From contig NW_002060947.1 in NCBI RefSeq assembly GCF_000150275.1, positions 3,650,980 to 3,714,979 of the forward strand: DNA of 64,000 nucleotides, read 5' to 3'. Below are positions 51,201 to 64,000 of the stretch, one piece after another; the stretch's first letter is position 1; each line of letters begins with the position of its first letter. Position numbers and translations under genes: made by a program. This DNA is from Trichoplax adhaerens (taxonomy: Eukaryota; Animalia; Placozoa). Below the pieces are notes generated by a model. That model had not been told where the DNA came from, did no database searches, and saw nothing but the letters and a program-made list of their open reading frames with translations.

Positions 51201-54200
51201 GTCTTTTTTAATAAAGAAATGGCTATTATGATTATTGCACCATATATTGATAATTTCTAACTATATTCTCTTAGTTAGCGATATTAATAGTAAATATTTT
51301 TGTCTGTGATAAAGGTTCAACGAATTCCACAATACAACAGACTGCTTGGTGACTTGATAGAGAAAACATCCGAAGATCATCCAGACTATAAATATCTGAT
51401 TGAAACCAAGGAACAAGTTAAACAGGTTGGTTTGAATTACGTTATATTAAATTAATATGCTAATAACAGACTTGAATGTATCAATAACCCAAAATATTCT
51501 TCTATACCTTGTCTTATCACTATATACTCGTCTAATATCAGCATGCTATCTATAATCCATCATAAGTAATCACCTTTTAGAATAGTTTTAATTCAACCAC
51601 CTACTGTGTAATTCAATAAGTAAATATATCAAAGGTGTATTGTAATCATCATACTTCCTACCATTTTTTTCTTCATATCCTACTGTACCTGCTGTGAATA
51701 TCTATACAGATGATAAGTGAACGTGAACAAGAAGTAAAAGCTGTTGAGAATGAGGTTAGCATTTTTTAAAACTCCCTTTTCGCTGACCACCTCATAAACA
51801 TATAGAATTGTGTTGTTCTAGCCTTAAATTGTAGCTCTATTGATGGAATCAATTATCAGCTGACAAATTTATTCTAATATTAGAAGGAATTTTACGGTCA
51901 TTATGATGACATTGTAGAACATTTTTTAAACTATGCTTCGTGTCCACCTTTAGAAAATAAAATAAAATTTAATTACGTCTCTGTCGGAAATTCCATTCTA
52001 ATATACTTAATTTTTCTCCTGTACCATATGAAGTAATTTCTCGTAAATCTCATGAAGTATACTATAGCTTGAAATAGTTGTTTACTAGATTCGCAATAAC
52101 TTTAATATACGAAACAGTAAATTAAAATAGAAACTTTACTAGTCGTCACGATGGAAAGTAAATATGTCGCTTATATGAAGGATATTGAATAGATATCTAG
52201 TCTACCCTATTGTCATATCGTTCTGCAATAGTCATTATACTTATTATATTGGTTGCATGGTTGGATAGCAGTAATTAATGAATTCTTTTCTCTCTTTTTG
52301 CTATTATATTCTCGATATAATACAGTATAAGTTGATACAAATACAAGAAAGATTTCCAAATGATCCACTTTACTTACTGGACGACAGGGTGGCTGTTGCC
52401 GAAATGGTAAGTTAACGATCGCTTAATCTCTTCAATCCCCCCAAATTTTTTGAATCAAGTCGTATAAGCCAATCTAATAATTGCTGTTAGGAGTGAATTT
52501 TTTATATGGGTGCCTTATATTCTCTGTCAATCCCTGTCGTTGTATCTGTATTAATATCGATATTGATTGATGACAATTATGCAGCAATTTCATTTCTATC
52601 CTCCCTTCTACTCGTCTGAGAATCATCATAGTAAATCTAGCATTCTCTTCGGTTTCTTAAGCATTAGCATGTCGCTACATTCTTTAGAAATTTAAATCAG
52701 GTTTGAAAATCTTTAAGTAGGGTGATAAAATGGTTTTAGTACTTAGTAGAAAACGTTAACCTTCATCATTAAATGTTAAATAGCTGGCTACAACCATTTT
52801 TTATAAACTATTGATCGTACTGTACAACGTAATCATAAAAAGGACTTAGATCTCTATCACTTAGATATTTATAGATTTATCAGTCATTAGTAGGCTCAAA
52901 TAATTTTAACTTAATGTAAAGAGAATTTGAAGCCTTAATTGCTTATTAAGGCCATTAAGCAGAGATCAGCTGCGGATCACATACACAGTTCGTCAATGCT
53001 TGCAAATTTAAATTGAAAATTATTCATACCATTAAAATAAAAATTTATTACAATCCCTTCTTACCGCTATTAATTTCCGATTTTTCTGTTATTTACATCT
53101 ACTATCGGGTTTCTGTAAAAATATATACAAACCTTACTCATAGCTAGATAATTTTACGTACGACTATCAGGACACGATACGCTAAAATCAAGCGGAATTA
53201 AAGACAATCTTAGCAAACTTTTACTAATTGGTTAAATTTTTTACTCCAAGGATTGATAATAATTGCTTATATTTATGAATACAACACAACTTTTACTCTA
53301 ATAATTCATAATTTTAAATACTATTATCTTCTCGTTTATGTAATATTTAGAAATCGAAGTCGCATGCTCCTCGTCGACGATCAGCTCCAACTTTGTTCTT
53401 GAAACACAATATATCATTCAATAAGCATTCTGGTAGAAGTATTGCCAAGTAAGTTATTTTATTGCTTTTCGAAGACTTTATTGAAAATATATGATATTTT
53501 ATAATATGCGTGACTTATTAAGGAACAAGTTAATTACATGTAAAAGATGGGTCACGTTAGTTATCATTTATTATAATAATACTACAGTAATTTATTTATG
53601 ACATTAATATGAAATGTTTTTAATACAAATCACTTAGTAACTTATTTGGTATGACAGCGAACAATAAAGTACCCAGGCAATTTATTTATGAAGGTGTTGT
53701 TGATATGAATACGGTCAGTCAAATGAAAAATTACAAGATTCTATTTCCTTGTAATATTTTACCTATATTTGTGCTTCATCCATTAACCCAATTTCACATT
53801 TATTTGCAACTGCAGTATAACGTTTTATGGTTATCGAAATTTTGTATCTGGTCTTTTATTTAATTTCTAAACTATTACGTTGTAGGGGTTTCAAACAGTT
53901 CCACGCTATTTATTCCTATTAAATGATATTCTAATCATAGCCAAACCAAAGTAAGTCAATGTCGTCGTATATAAATTTAATAATATATACGTGTATATAT
54001 ATATATATATTGTATTTTCGATGAGCTATTTATGCCTACCTTCATTCTATTTTCGTCATTTTTATTACGAAACCTCAATTATTAGGGCTATAATTGATAT
54101 CGCAACAGTTACAGTAAGCCCTTTCTACATTTTTGTTGCAGAATAGTAAAAGAAGTAAATTAAATCTATTATAAAGATAATCTTTTACTTCCAAGTTTAA

Positions 54201-57200
54201 AATTGGCTATAATTCTATTTTATTCGTAAAATGATGGTTGCAGAAGTCAGAAGTGTTATACAGACTCAATTAGTGATTTAGAGTACAGATTTACCCACTG
54301 GTGACATATCGCTTTTCAAAAATAATCATTTCATTATGACTATAAATTTAACTACAGAAAGCCATGCTTACCAGTATTGAATCGACGCATTTATTAATGA
54401 CGTTGCCAGTTAGACGTTTTAGAAAACTATGCAATACTATGTAATGACCATTATAGTTAGCGCTAATAAAATTATTTATAGCATTTATACAAGTCGCCAT
54501 TGCTATTTTCAACAAATGCTACCATGAATTCCTGAATCTTTGCATCAATTGTTCTACCGGTGTAGGGGTTCAACATTTAGATTGAAAAATTTAATTCGTG
54601 TTACTGATATTTGGCTATCGGAGTCATTCGATGATGTCTGTGAAGTAGTACAACATCCAGATAAGTCTTTCGTAATTGGATGGCCAATCGTAAATTACTT
54701 GGCAACTTTTTCCACAGTTGAAGAAAGGAATCTTTGGTTTCAATTATTATCGAAGTAATGTTTTTACACTGATAAAAAACAAAGCAACGACGACTGATTT
54801 CTATCTAAATTATATGATTTAAAAGAGTAGATGATAACTCATTCATGAATATGACTTCTTTTTTCACCACGTAGACAAATCGAAGAACAACAAGAATACG
54901 ATGATCCAAAAGCGTTATCCGCTACAATATCTCTAAGAATTTCGGAAATTAATCCTTCATTAAGAGATATTGTAAGCGAAATGATTATAATGTCTAATAA
55001 TCTTCCTAAGTTATTAGTTTACACAGAAAGCAATCTATAGCGTTTACTGTAATGTTGTCATTATGATATTAATTAATCAATCATCTTCACAAGTCCATCT
55101 ATGTACTATGCAGACCTTTCGTCTCATTTTTAGCTTTATATTTTACTGTAGACTATAATAAGATAGCAAACAAGATACTGCTAGTATTTAAAGATGATAC
55201 CAACATTATTTTAAACTTCATGGCAGATATACGAAATGTAATAATGTATTCGTATAAGGGTAGAATAGTTCCCAGAGTAGAATATACAGTAATAACAGTT
55301 TTACTTAACCTTTAACTCTAATTCATTTTTAAGGTAACCAATATTAATATCACGAATAAAGATGATGTACACTTTGCAATAAAAGAATGTTTAAAGGAGT
55401 CACAGTTAGAGGTATTTACAAATTAACAATTATTCAATTCTGATTACAAGGCGTTTAAAGTTACGAAGCGGAATAAGATTAACTTCTTACTTCTTTCTAT
55501 TTTAAAGATGACCAAAACGCTTTCTCAGCAATTATGGATTATAACCAATAAAGAAGACGTACTCAATACTCCATTGATTGGTAAATGTTCCCATTTCCGC
55601 ACAACTGTCATAGCAATGATGACTTAACTGTTGTTTCCTCTTGCGAACTTTAATATACGCAATTGCAATACAAAAATCTCGTTTAAGTATTTCTTGATAA
55701 ACTCTGATATAAGCTTAACTCTATATTTTCCCTAATTTATAGGCCATGAACGTCTTTATGCCATTAAATGTTTTTCTTTACGAGAAGGACAAGAAAATAA
55801 TGGATTAGATGGTGTTCTGGAGACAAAAAACACCCAAGATTCAGAACTACAGTTTGTTATCAGATTCAGAAAGGGTGCTAAAATATCAGCCTTAGGTCAG
55901 TGATTTTATGATCCACTAATAGATGGACATATTTCATATTCTATAAAACTTCAATTTTATTTGCTAAAAAATAACATTTTACTTGATTTCACTATAAAAA
56001 TTAACCGGTTATAATTCCTACAGATATCAAGAAAAAAGGCTTAAGTAAACGTGTGGTAGTGCAATGGCTAAAACATTCAACAGGTAGTATTAAAAATTCA
56101 TCACCATCAAAAAATCAAGAACCGTTAGCAGAGAAAGCATCTGGAAGGTAGAATAGAATTAATTTATCAAGCTTATATACTTTATAAAGTATAGTGGAAG
56201 TTTCATTTGACTGAATAGTCATTTATTTTATCGCTTTCCTGTTATCTAAAGGATATTTGGGGTTCCACTAGAAAAGCTAATTCAAGATGATACATTACCA
56301 AAACCTCTCATGGTAATTACGATATGGTCTTCATAAAAATTATGTCGAAATTATTTACATCCAGACTTAAATTTTAATGTAACTATAGTACGAAATATCA
56401 ATTCCATTGCTACTTACTAAAATCTTTACGCCCTTCTTGCTATAGGGAATGCTGCAACAGCTTTCTATTTATGGTCCGACGACAATAGGAGTGTTTCGTA
56501 GATCTGCTAATGTTAAAATTATTCGTGAACTACGAGGATTAATTGAAAGCGGTAAGTCGATTGATAAAATTTGTTCTGAATCACAGTTTGTAAGAGATCG
56601 TTATTCCCGCATACTGTATTGATCTAGTATATACTTTTTAAGTGGCTCTTTGAAATTAGAAAGAGTATTTCATTCATTATATTATAATTTAATGTTGCTC
56701 TAAAAGTCGCTGGATCTTTTAGTAGTATTTCACTGACTTAATTAATTGCAATTGTTATGGTAGCAGTATATAATCGGCTTAATAGACTGCGGCTATGTTG
56801 CTATGTCTACAATGTTTAAATTATAGACAGTATACGGTTTGGTAGGCTTTGATAAGCTTTATGCATCTTTGATTATACCTGGTTTTAAACATTTTTATTA
56901 GTGTGTACCTAATAATTTAGTTTGTAATTGGGATGATTTAATCGTTACACTAGCTCTGGCTAGTTTTTGGAGCTATAAATAATTAACTTTAAATGCAAAG
57001 CACAGATCCACTTTCATCAGTCTAGGTGCATTATACATACTATGATCAGCTAGTTACGAATAAAGTCATATTAACTTTCTCATTACTGAAAAAGGTATGG
57101 ATATTCTTTATGAAAATCATCAAGTTTTGGTTTTGGCAGCATTGTTAAAGGTTATTATTATTACTAATTGATCTTTTAAGATTTGCAAATTTTTACGACC

Positions 57201-58801
57201 ACTTCGATATCATTTAACGTACAGATTTTTAATCGGCATAAAAATTTAATCAAATTCGAATAGTTCACAGAAGTAATTTAATTTGTACTCAGTATAGTTA
57301 TATACTTTAAGTTATAGTTAATGTGATAATAACTAGAATTTTAATTTTCCAGTGTATTTAGTTTGATCAAAAATTGCGGATAACAGTAGATGTAACTAAC
57401 ATATTTTCTGTATATATTAAATCAGGAATTTTTACTGTCTCTACCCCAACCTGTTTTCGATATTAATTTATTCGAAGAATATCTTATTACAAATAAAATC
57501 GAAGATAAGGAAGAAAGAATTAATGCTACGAAAACGTGAGACTTGATAATAATTAAATAGAAAAGGATAAAAGATTTGTTTATGGAAAAAATTTTCATAA
57601 TAGAATACTAAACGTGGAATATTTGAATACTTCTCGATACTTTCGGTGTATATTCTCATAATTTATTTACTTAGTAGTAATTTGCAATTCAATGATTTGT
57701 TAGAATATGGCTTACTCTGGTGTTGAATTAGAGCATTTATAAAAATATTAAATAGAGTACTTGATTAAAATTTTAAGAATACACTTACTGTATAGAAATA
57801 CTTTATCTACTGGGAATAGAATTTTATTTCATAATCTCTTACGGCTAAAGGTTAAAATTTTCTTCCTTTTACATCATTCATTTTAACATGCTATATTAAT
57901 GAACTATAGGGTATTGCAAAAACAACGAGAGAATTCCAAGGCAGCTACTGTGTTATTGAATTCTATCTTCTGTGTCTTAAATCGAATACTTGCTCATTGT
58001 GAAGAAAATAATATGAATGCCTATAATTTAACGGTGTGCATCTCGTCAAGTATGATGTGGCCTAAAGATTTAAATATAGCACACCAACGTCGTGATGATA
58101 TCGTGGAATTTTTTCAATTTTTATTGGAGAATTGTCAAGAGATCTTAGGCGAAGAGATGCAAGGGTCCTTAGGTGATGCTGAACGACCGGTACGACATAA
58201 ATTAAATCGAAGGAAAGCCGTATCATGCGGTGATGCCTACACTCTAGATGAGAATGAAGATAGTTCTAATCCAAGTTCAAGTCTTAAATCAATCTGCGAT
58301 AACCTTGGCCGACGTATAGCTAACGCAGATACTTGCGGTAGCCATGATTCAGGCATTGCCAATAGTGATTTATCACATCTAGGATTAGAGAACGATGACA
58401 ATAGTCAAGGGGATAACGGTAGTATTGCTACATCGGATTCCTCTGGCGGTCAAGAAATTTCAACAATACAAGAGAAACCACATAACGGTTCAGGTTTTGG
58501 AGGTATTGAGAGGCATGAAACTAGATATGGGCGTTTTATTAAAAATATATATCAAGGAAATAAGCAAAAAGGTGAAAAAATACGTGACAGTCGGAGTGCT
58601 TTTGCAAGTAATAATAAAAAGAACAATAATACCAATAGTCCATTCTTAAATAAAACTCGAAGAAATGGACGCCCTCGACCACGAGATGATTCTGCATGTA
58701 GTGAAGATAGTATTGCTAGTAGCGCTGTGAGCGGAAGCCTTAGTAAAGATAGCCAAATGGATGAAGGTCTATCACTAAAAGATCACAATCAACATCATTA
58801 G
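39226..58801 (+). CDS. ARHGAP20: ARHGAP20-family protein with RBD-DH(RhoGEF)-PH-RA-RhoGAP domains, 1067 aa as assembled (about 1309 aa if the frameshift is corrected); exons 39226-39402, 44527-44722, 46140-46242, 46387-46474, 48006-48051, 48652-48727, 49496-49598, 51315-51425, 51710-51754, 52326-52406, 53351-53448, 53638-53713, 53886-53950, 54566-54754, 54875-54971, 55334-55411, 55508-55580, 55743-55895, 56024-56147, 56252-56312, 56446-56551, 57095-57150, 57426-57535, 57910-58801
   Basis: All 23 introns are GT-AG with matching phases. ARHGAP20-type PH (SFVIGWPIVNYLATFS), RA (PLIGHE) and GAP (IFGVPL, GVFRRSAN, NNMNAYNLTVC). DH motifs LLFSEELYLESL and LLAPVQRIPQY..EDHPDY. An in-frame stop lies upstream of the ATG at 39226. 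Confidence 0.85.
53994..54010. repeat. (TA)n microsatellite in an ARHGAP20-like intron
   Basis: Direct reading. Similar short TA tracts occur near 3268, 8463 and 24877. Confidence 0.8.
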
Positions 58802-59526
58802 AATCAACGCGTCCTAAAATGGTTGCTATATCCAGGCATCAAAGTACCCCGTCAAAAGGACGTAGAATTGGTGGTATTATCATGAAAAAGCTACGCAATA
58901 ATTCACTTGGTGATGGTGAAGAATATTCATCATCGCCAGTACCCCAGCATAAATCTTCTTTAGGCAATAACAGCGACGAAAGTGATAGTACATTTGATTC
59001 GAAATTGAAATCACGCTTTGCCTATGGTATGAAATCCAACAAGAAGTCACAGGATCATGAAAATGACCTATCGTCGTCAACACCTTGTTCTCCATTAAAG
59101 AAAGAGTTTGATTCACACGAATTAATATCAAGTGGATCACAACCTGATTTTAATAAATTATTCGGTGGAGATGGATCAAAATTAGATTTGCCAATAAAAG
59201 AGGATACAATATCAAATTATTCAAAAAGTTCCTCTTCACCAATTGACATTCGTCCTTCTAGAAGTTATCCTGACTATCGACATGGTTTAACTGAAAGTCA
59301 TAGTGATTCACACCTGATTAGTTCATCGTTGGATCAGAGTATCATTCCTGTTGGATCATTACGTAAAGTTGGTACATTTCCAAATGAGGTAGCTATTAGC
59401 AATCAGTCATCACTACCGGATATAAATAATCGAGATCGAGGAGGAAATGATTCAATGGGAAAAGTGTCACCTATAACCAGGGATAAATTTTTGAAAATGA
59501 GTTTTACTGAAGAAGAATTTGTTTAA
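58765..59526 (+). CDS. Probable continuation of the ARHGAP20-like terminal exon in the -1 frame (Ser-rich tail ending EEEFV)
   Basis: This frame is open from 58765, overlapping the end of the previous ORF. It has the same Ser/Asp-rich composition, and one extra A in the AAAA at 58777-58780 joins the two frames. Confidence 0.75.
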   Translation, partial: RSITKRSQSTSLESTRPKMVAISRHQSTPSKGRRIGGIIMKKLRNNSLGDGEEYSSSPVPQHKSSLGNNSDESDSTFDSKLKSRFAYGMKSNKKSQDHENDLSSSTPCSPLKKEFDSHELISSGSQPDFNKLFGGDGSKLDLPIKEDTISNYSKSSSSPIDIRPSRSYPDYRHGLTESHSDSHLISSSLDQSIIPVGSLRKVGTFPNEVAISNQSSLPDINNRDRGGNDSMGKVSPITRDKFLKMSFTEEEFV

Positions 59527-62500
59527 ATTAAAATAAATGCTTAAGAACTTTTCATCATAAATTTTTTAAACCTGATTTCTGTTTTATTAGTTGTACATTT
59601 TATAACATCTAACATAGGCTATTTGAAATTTAGACTTTAATATCCATATTCATTGAACTTACTGAACCATATAATGGTATCAATATCTGGAAAGAATATG
59701 AAGCGATTAATTTTTAAAGTTATCTTCTGCATTGTCTTTTTAATATCGTATATACGAATATATGTAATGTATAGTATGTTTACATAAAATTATATACTAC
59801 AACAGTAGTAATGCATGTTTAGTGTAGCTATTTCTATTTGCATTATCTCAATTAGTTGCAACTTATACATAACACTATCATAGGTTCATCATGAAGAAGA
59901 ATTGGTTATGTAGAAAAATTCGTAAAAATAAACTGCAATATTCTAAAATGATGTCTATGAAAGAAAATAATATCCGTGTTTCAATATAACAATTATTGAT
60001 CAACTTAGCTATTATGGCAATAAATTATTTGTCAGCTAAGATTTTTTAATTACCTAATGATCATTGTACCGCAGCAGTTTATTATACATGATGTTTTCAC
60101 AAGTTGTTGCTTATTTATAAATGTAGAAGATATATGTATATAGTTTGACTATGCATGGAGAATAGTAAAAAAATTTCAATGTTGCTGTTATCATTGAATA
60201 TCGATTTACATACTTGATCCTATGTCATAATTGAATGCTTATTTCTACAATTGCAGTATAATGTTTCTTGTTTTAAAATGAAGAATACTAAGTATGTGTA
60301 GCGATAAATTACGTATTAATTTCATTTTTTATCGTCTTAAATTTAATAATTTTGCCGAACTACGTCGTATATAAATATTCCAATACAATCTGGTAATATC
60401 TATGAGAATTATTGAAAAGTTAGAGTTACTTATTAAAGATTGTGCTCTTCGTTTTGTATTCTTCTCGTCGCTTTCTTTATTCAATATTTACTGTTAAACA
60501 AAGGGTATACATAGCTAAATTCTATCTCAATATACTATTTGAAAGAGTTCGCATAATATAGTGAAGGGAATAGTGCTTAATATCATTTTTCCGTATTTTC
60601 CCTCTTCTTTTAAATAATTATTACTGTTATTAGGCTTATAGAGCGCATGCTGCCTAGTCGTATCGATTAAAATGTACCCAACGTCACTGTTGATAATGCA
60701 TTCAGCAATTCTTTTTTCTTTTTCTTTTTAAATATTAATCTCTATTAGATACAAGGTAATTTGCAATGTATATCTAATATTAAAGAGTATAATATGGTAA
60801 TTGAAATGTTATTATATTTTTCATTTCATTTTCTATTATATAAACTTAATCCTTAACATCTTATTTTGGTATCTAATTAGAAATATGTAACAGGACTAGA
60901 TGTAATAATTTATGTCTTAAATTCATCGTTTACAAATAAACAACGTTCATTTCAAATTGATTGTTACAATGGCAATTACTGTCCATAGCTATTAGTAAAC
61001 TTTGCTACTTTCATAGTCAATGCGCAGAGAAAATTTTCTGTTAGTATAGTAACAAATACTTGATTAGAATCAATTAGATTGAATTTAATATTTCATTATC
61101 CTGTTTCTAACTTATTATAAAGTAGGCTCAGCCCTTTCTAATGTTTGGATAGGATTTGTATTGCATAGATATCTGGTATAAAATTGCTATTATCAGCCAA
61201 CAATACTAGCTTTAAAATAATTTAATTGTATTTATTAATTTTGATGCAGTTGTTCATGATCCAATCTTTAACTATTCCTCAAGTAGGCTCAATTGTTCTT
61301 TATATCAATTATTCTTCATGTGGTGATCCATGGATAGCTAGATATTTAAGGAAATATCTAGCGAATATCTAGCAGCTAGCAACTCGTGATTTATGTATTT
61401 TACCTTACATACATCCAGCCCAGTAAGTGGATCTGTTATCAATTTTTTCCTCTTACAGCTATTACTTAGTAGTGCACAGATATAAAATCGCAACAACGTT
61501 ATATTGTAATTGTCATTTGCGATACCTTGCGTAATAAACTATACTGTTTTCGCTTATCAAATTAGATTTCTTCAGTTACATTTGAATTGAATTATTATAT
61601 TTAGTCCTAGAATGAGAACTTTCAAATTTTAGCATTTTATTAAATCTCGTTTGTACTGTAGCTCTAAGCTAAATTAAGTAAAGAGATTAAATCATATGAT
61701 ATTATTTTCGATATTTTTAGAAAGATTTCCTGTAATTTTATGCCTAATAAGATGAATAGTAGATCTTTTCCGTCTTAAAAGGCGATATTTCGTCTATTAT
61801 TTTAGTAATAAACATTGCAGGTTTATTTTCACGTTGCTTAATAAATCGTAATAGTTCTCAACTGTAGAAGCTCTATTTTTAGACGTTATTCGAAAATTTT
61901 GAATCGACTAAAATTAATTAACGAATATTAAGTAGATTGCACTTGATAATTGAAATTAGTGATAATGATTCTATAATGCCATAATCTGAGTTAAATGATA
62001 ATTAGCTTAATAATTGATTGCTAATCAGTATGTATTTCTATGATCAAATAACATATAACAGATTTTAAATAGCATCAAATCTTCAAAATACTTAAATTAC
62101 AGCAGTAAATTTATTATAGACTTGATTTAATATAGATCTGCACCAATTTTGAACTTTTGAGCATATTACATAATTTTCACTCTATTACATCATCTTTGCA
62201 AGAATAAAAGACCAACTAAAATTAGCTAATTAAAGGGATATCGCGAAATATTTTAGTAGTGCAACGATTCTGTAATACTATAAGCCATAATTAGCAGCGG
62301 TACTATTGAATTTTGCAAAAGATACCGACACTGTATTGACTACTATGACTAATAATACTTAAAATAATACTTAAATATCGATTTAATATCGTTAGTTAAT
62401 GTGCAGACGAGTTAACGAATAAGAACCATTTCTGCTTCTACATTTACTACACTCTATTCATTTATCATACTAGGGCGTTTTGAAGTTGATTTACTATTAA

Positions 62501-63580
62501 TACCGATTCAATATCAATTATTAGTTTTGCATTGAAATTCGGATTTTGCAGGATAACCTTTTAATACTTTTGCTTTTGATATTTAACACTAATAAATAAA
62601 TCATATTCTATTAATGCCATTTTTAATATTGAGTTTGTATCATTTGTAAGATAGGCATTGCCGTATCAAGGATCTAGTTGATAATTAATCGTTATATTGT
62701 ACGGGTGTGAATATCGTATATGATAATATATAGCTGTATTAGATGTAGCTGCTATAATATTAACCATAATATACTAAACTTTCCAAATACTCGTATATAT
62801 AAATACCGCTCAGCATTGCTACAGAGATGAAGTATAATTAAATCATGAGGACCTCGTAAAATATGACTATATAGATTAAATTATGGCTCTGATCGATTGT
62901 TAAATGCCTGAATTTCTATGAACTTTAAACTTATTAAGTGAGACTGCTACTTCATGTCAGAAAATTGTCATTTGATTAGCATGAGAACATGATTTAGTTC
63001 AGTTGCAACCGACTCTAAGAATCACTGTGACTTATACGGACTAACGGTGGCAGGCATTCAGAGTTTAGTTTTAATTGCGGGGGTCAAACATTAAATTACC
63101 TAATGGATTGCATCTAAAGCGTACACTACTAGTTAAAAGTAGTCTTCCTCTATTCGTAACCAAATCATTTCGTATTTTCACTATTTATTTATTTCATGGT
63201 TAAATAGCATAATCTATAGAGGTGTTTATTATTTATATATTTAATCAATATGAACAAAAGTATGTTAAAGGGTTACTCTTATCCAAAAAATATACAGTAA
63301 ATACATGTACTGAAGTATAAATGTCGAATTACTGTAGGTCTCATGTGAGACTAATCTTACAGTTTAATAAATGCGACAATAAGAAATATTCTGTAGCAAT
63401 GCATACAACTTGTATAAAGTGAACATGAGCTGCAACGGAAATTATATATATGAGCCTAAAAATTCTTAATGGGCATTAATGCGGCATAAATCCCATATCG
63501 AGTTACTGTTTATCATAATGAGTTCGAAATCGAAATGTTTAGGAGTCATAAATAAATAAATAAAACATCTGTTAATGAAA

Positions 63581-64000
63581 CTATTCAGCTCCGGGTGCAT
63601 CCTCGTAACTATTACTATTGCTTATGCTACAACTATTATCGCCCTTAAATTGAAGTTGAGGTAATCCTGAATTCTGCCTAACACTTTCCTGGACATTGGA
63701 ACTATCACAATCTTGATTTATGGCTTGATTTTCTTCTTTCTTATTCACATTACCAATCTTGTCTGAGGCTTTAGCAGTTTCATGATCAGCCAATTGACAA
63801 GAAAAGTTAGTAGCATCACAAATTTTTGTGCTATCCACAAACTCAGCTGTGTCATACAAAGTTTTATCTAATATCAACTCGGTGTATTCAGCTGTTGTTT
63901 TATATACACTGCTTAAATACATCTCTAATTCCTCACTGTATTCAGATACGTTATCAGGGACTCTATAAAATCTTTCATCGTCATCGCAATTTACACAGTT
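63581..64000 (-). CDS. 3' coding end of an unidentified gene truncated by the window edge (acidic, Ser/Asp/Asn-rich)
   Basis: Frame is open for 139 codons from position 64000 to the TAG at 63583-63581, which is unusual in AT-rich DNA. No recognisable domain. Confidence 0.6.
   Translation of the reverse strand, partial: NCVNCDDDERFYRVPDNVSEYSEELEMYLSSVYKTTAEYTELILDKTLYDTAEFVDSTKICDATNFSCQLADHETAKASDKIGNVNKKEENQAINQDCDSSNVQESVRQNSGLPQLQFKGDNSCSISNSNSYEDAPGAE

Overview
AT-rich, intron-dense eukaryotic (animal) genomic DNA. Base composition, compact introns and intronless mGluR-like paralogues fit an early-branching metazoan such as a placozoan (Trichoplax); this is inference, not a database match. 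In order, the window holds: (1) two intronless class C (mGluR-like) GPCR genes facing each other tail-to-tail (3597-6212 +, 12726-15347 -); (2) a 3-exon TMEM272-like gene; (3) a 10-exon MBTPS2/site-2 protease gene whose last intron carries U12 (minor spliceosome) signals; (4) a 14-exon EIF2S3/eIF2-gamma gene on the minus strand, convergent with MBTPS2; (5) a 24-exon ARHGAP20-family gene with an extra N-terminal Raf-like RBD and DH (RhoGEF) domain and a frameshift in its last exon; (6) the 3' coding end of an unidentified minus-strand gene cut by the window edge. Two observations stand out. The first is an 863-bp perfectly identical inverted repeat inside the two otherwise diverged GPCR genes, covering most of the ligand-binding domain; it suggests gene conversion and possibly an invertible 8.9-kb segment that would swap the 7TM halves. 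The second is the RBD-DH-PH-RA-RhoGAP dual GEF/GAP architecture. All exon models were built by hand from GT-AG sites, phase consistency and recalled family motifs.
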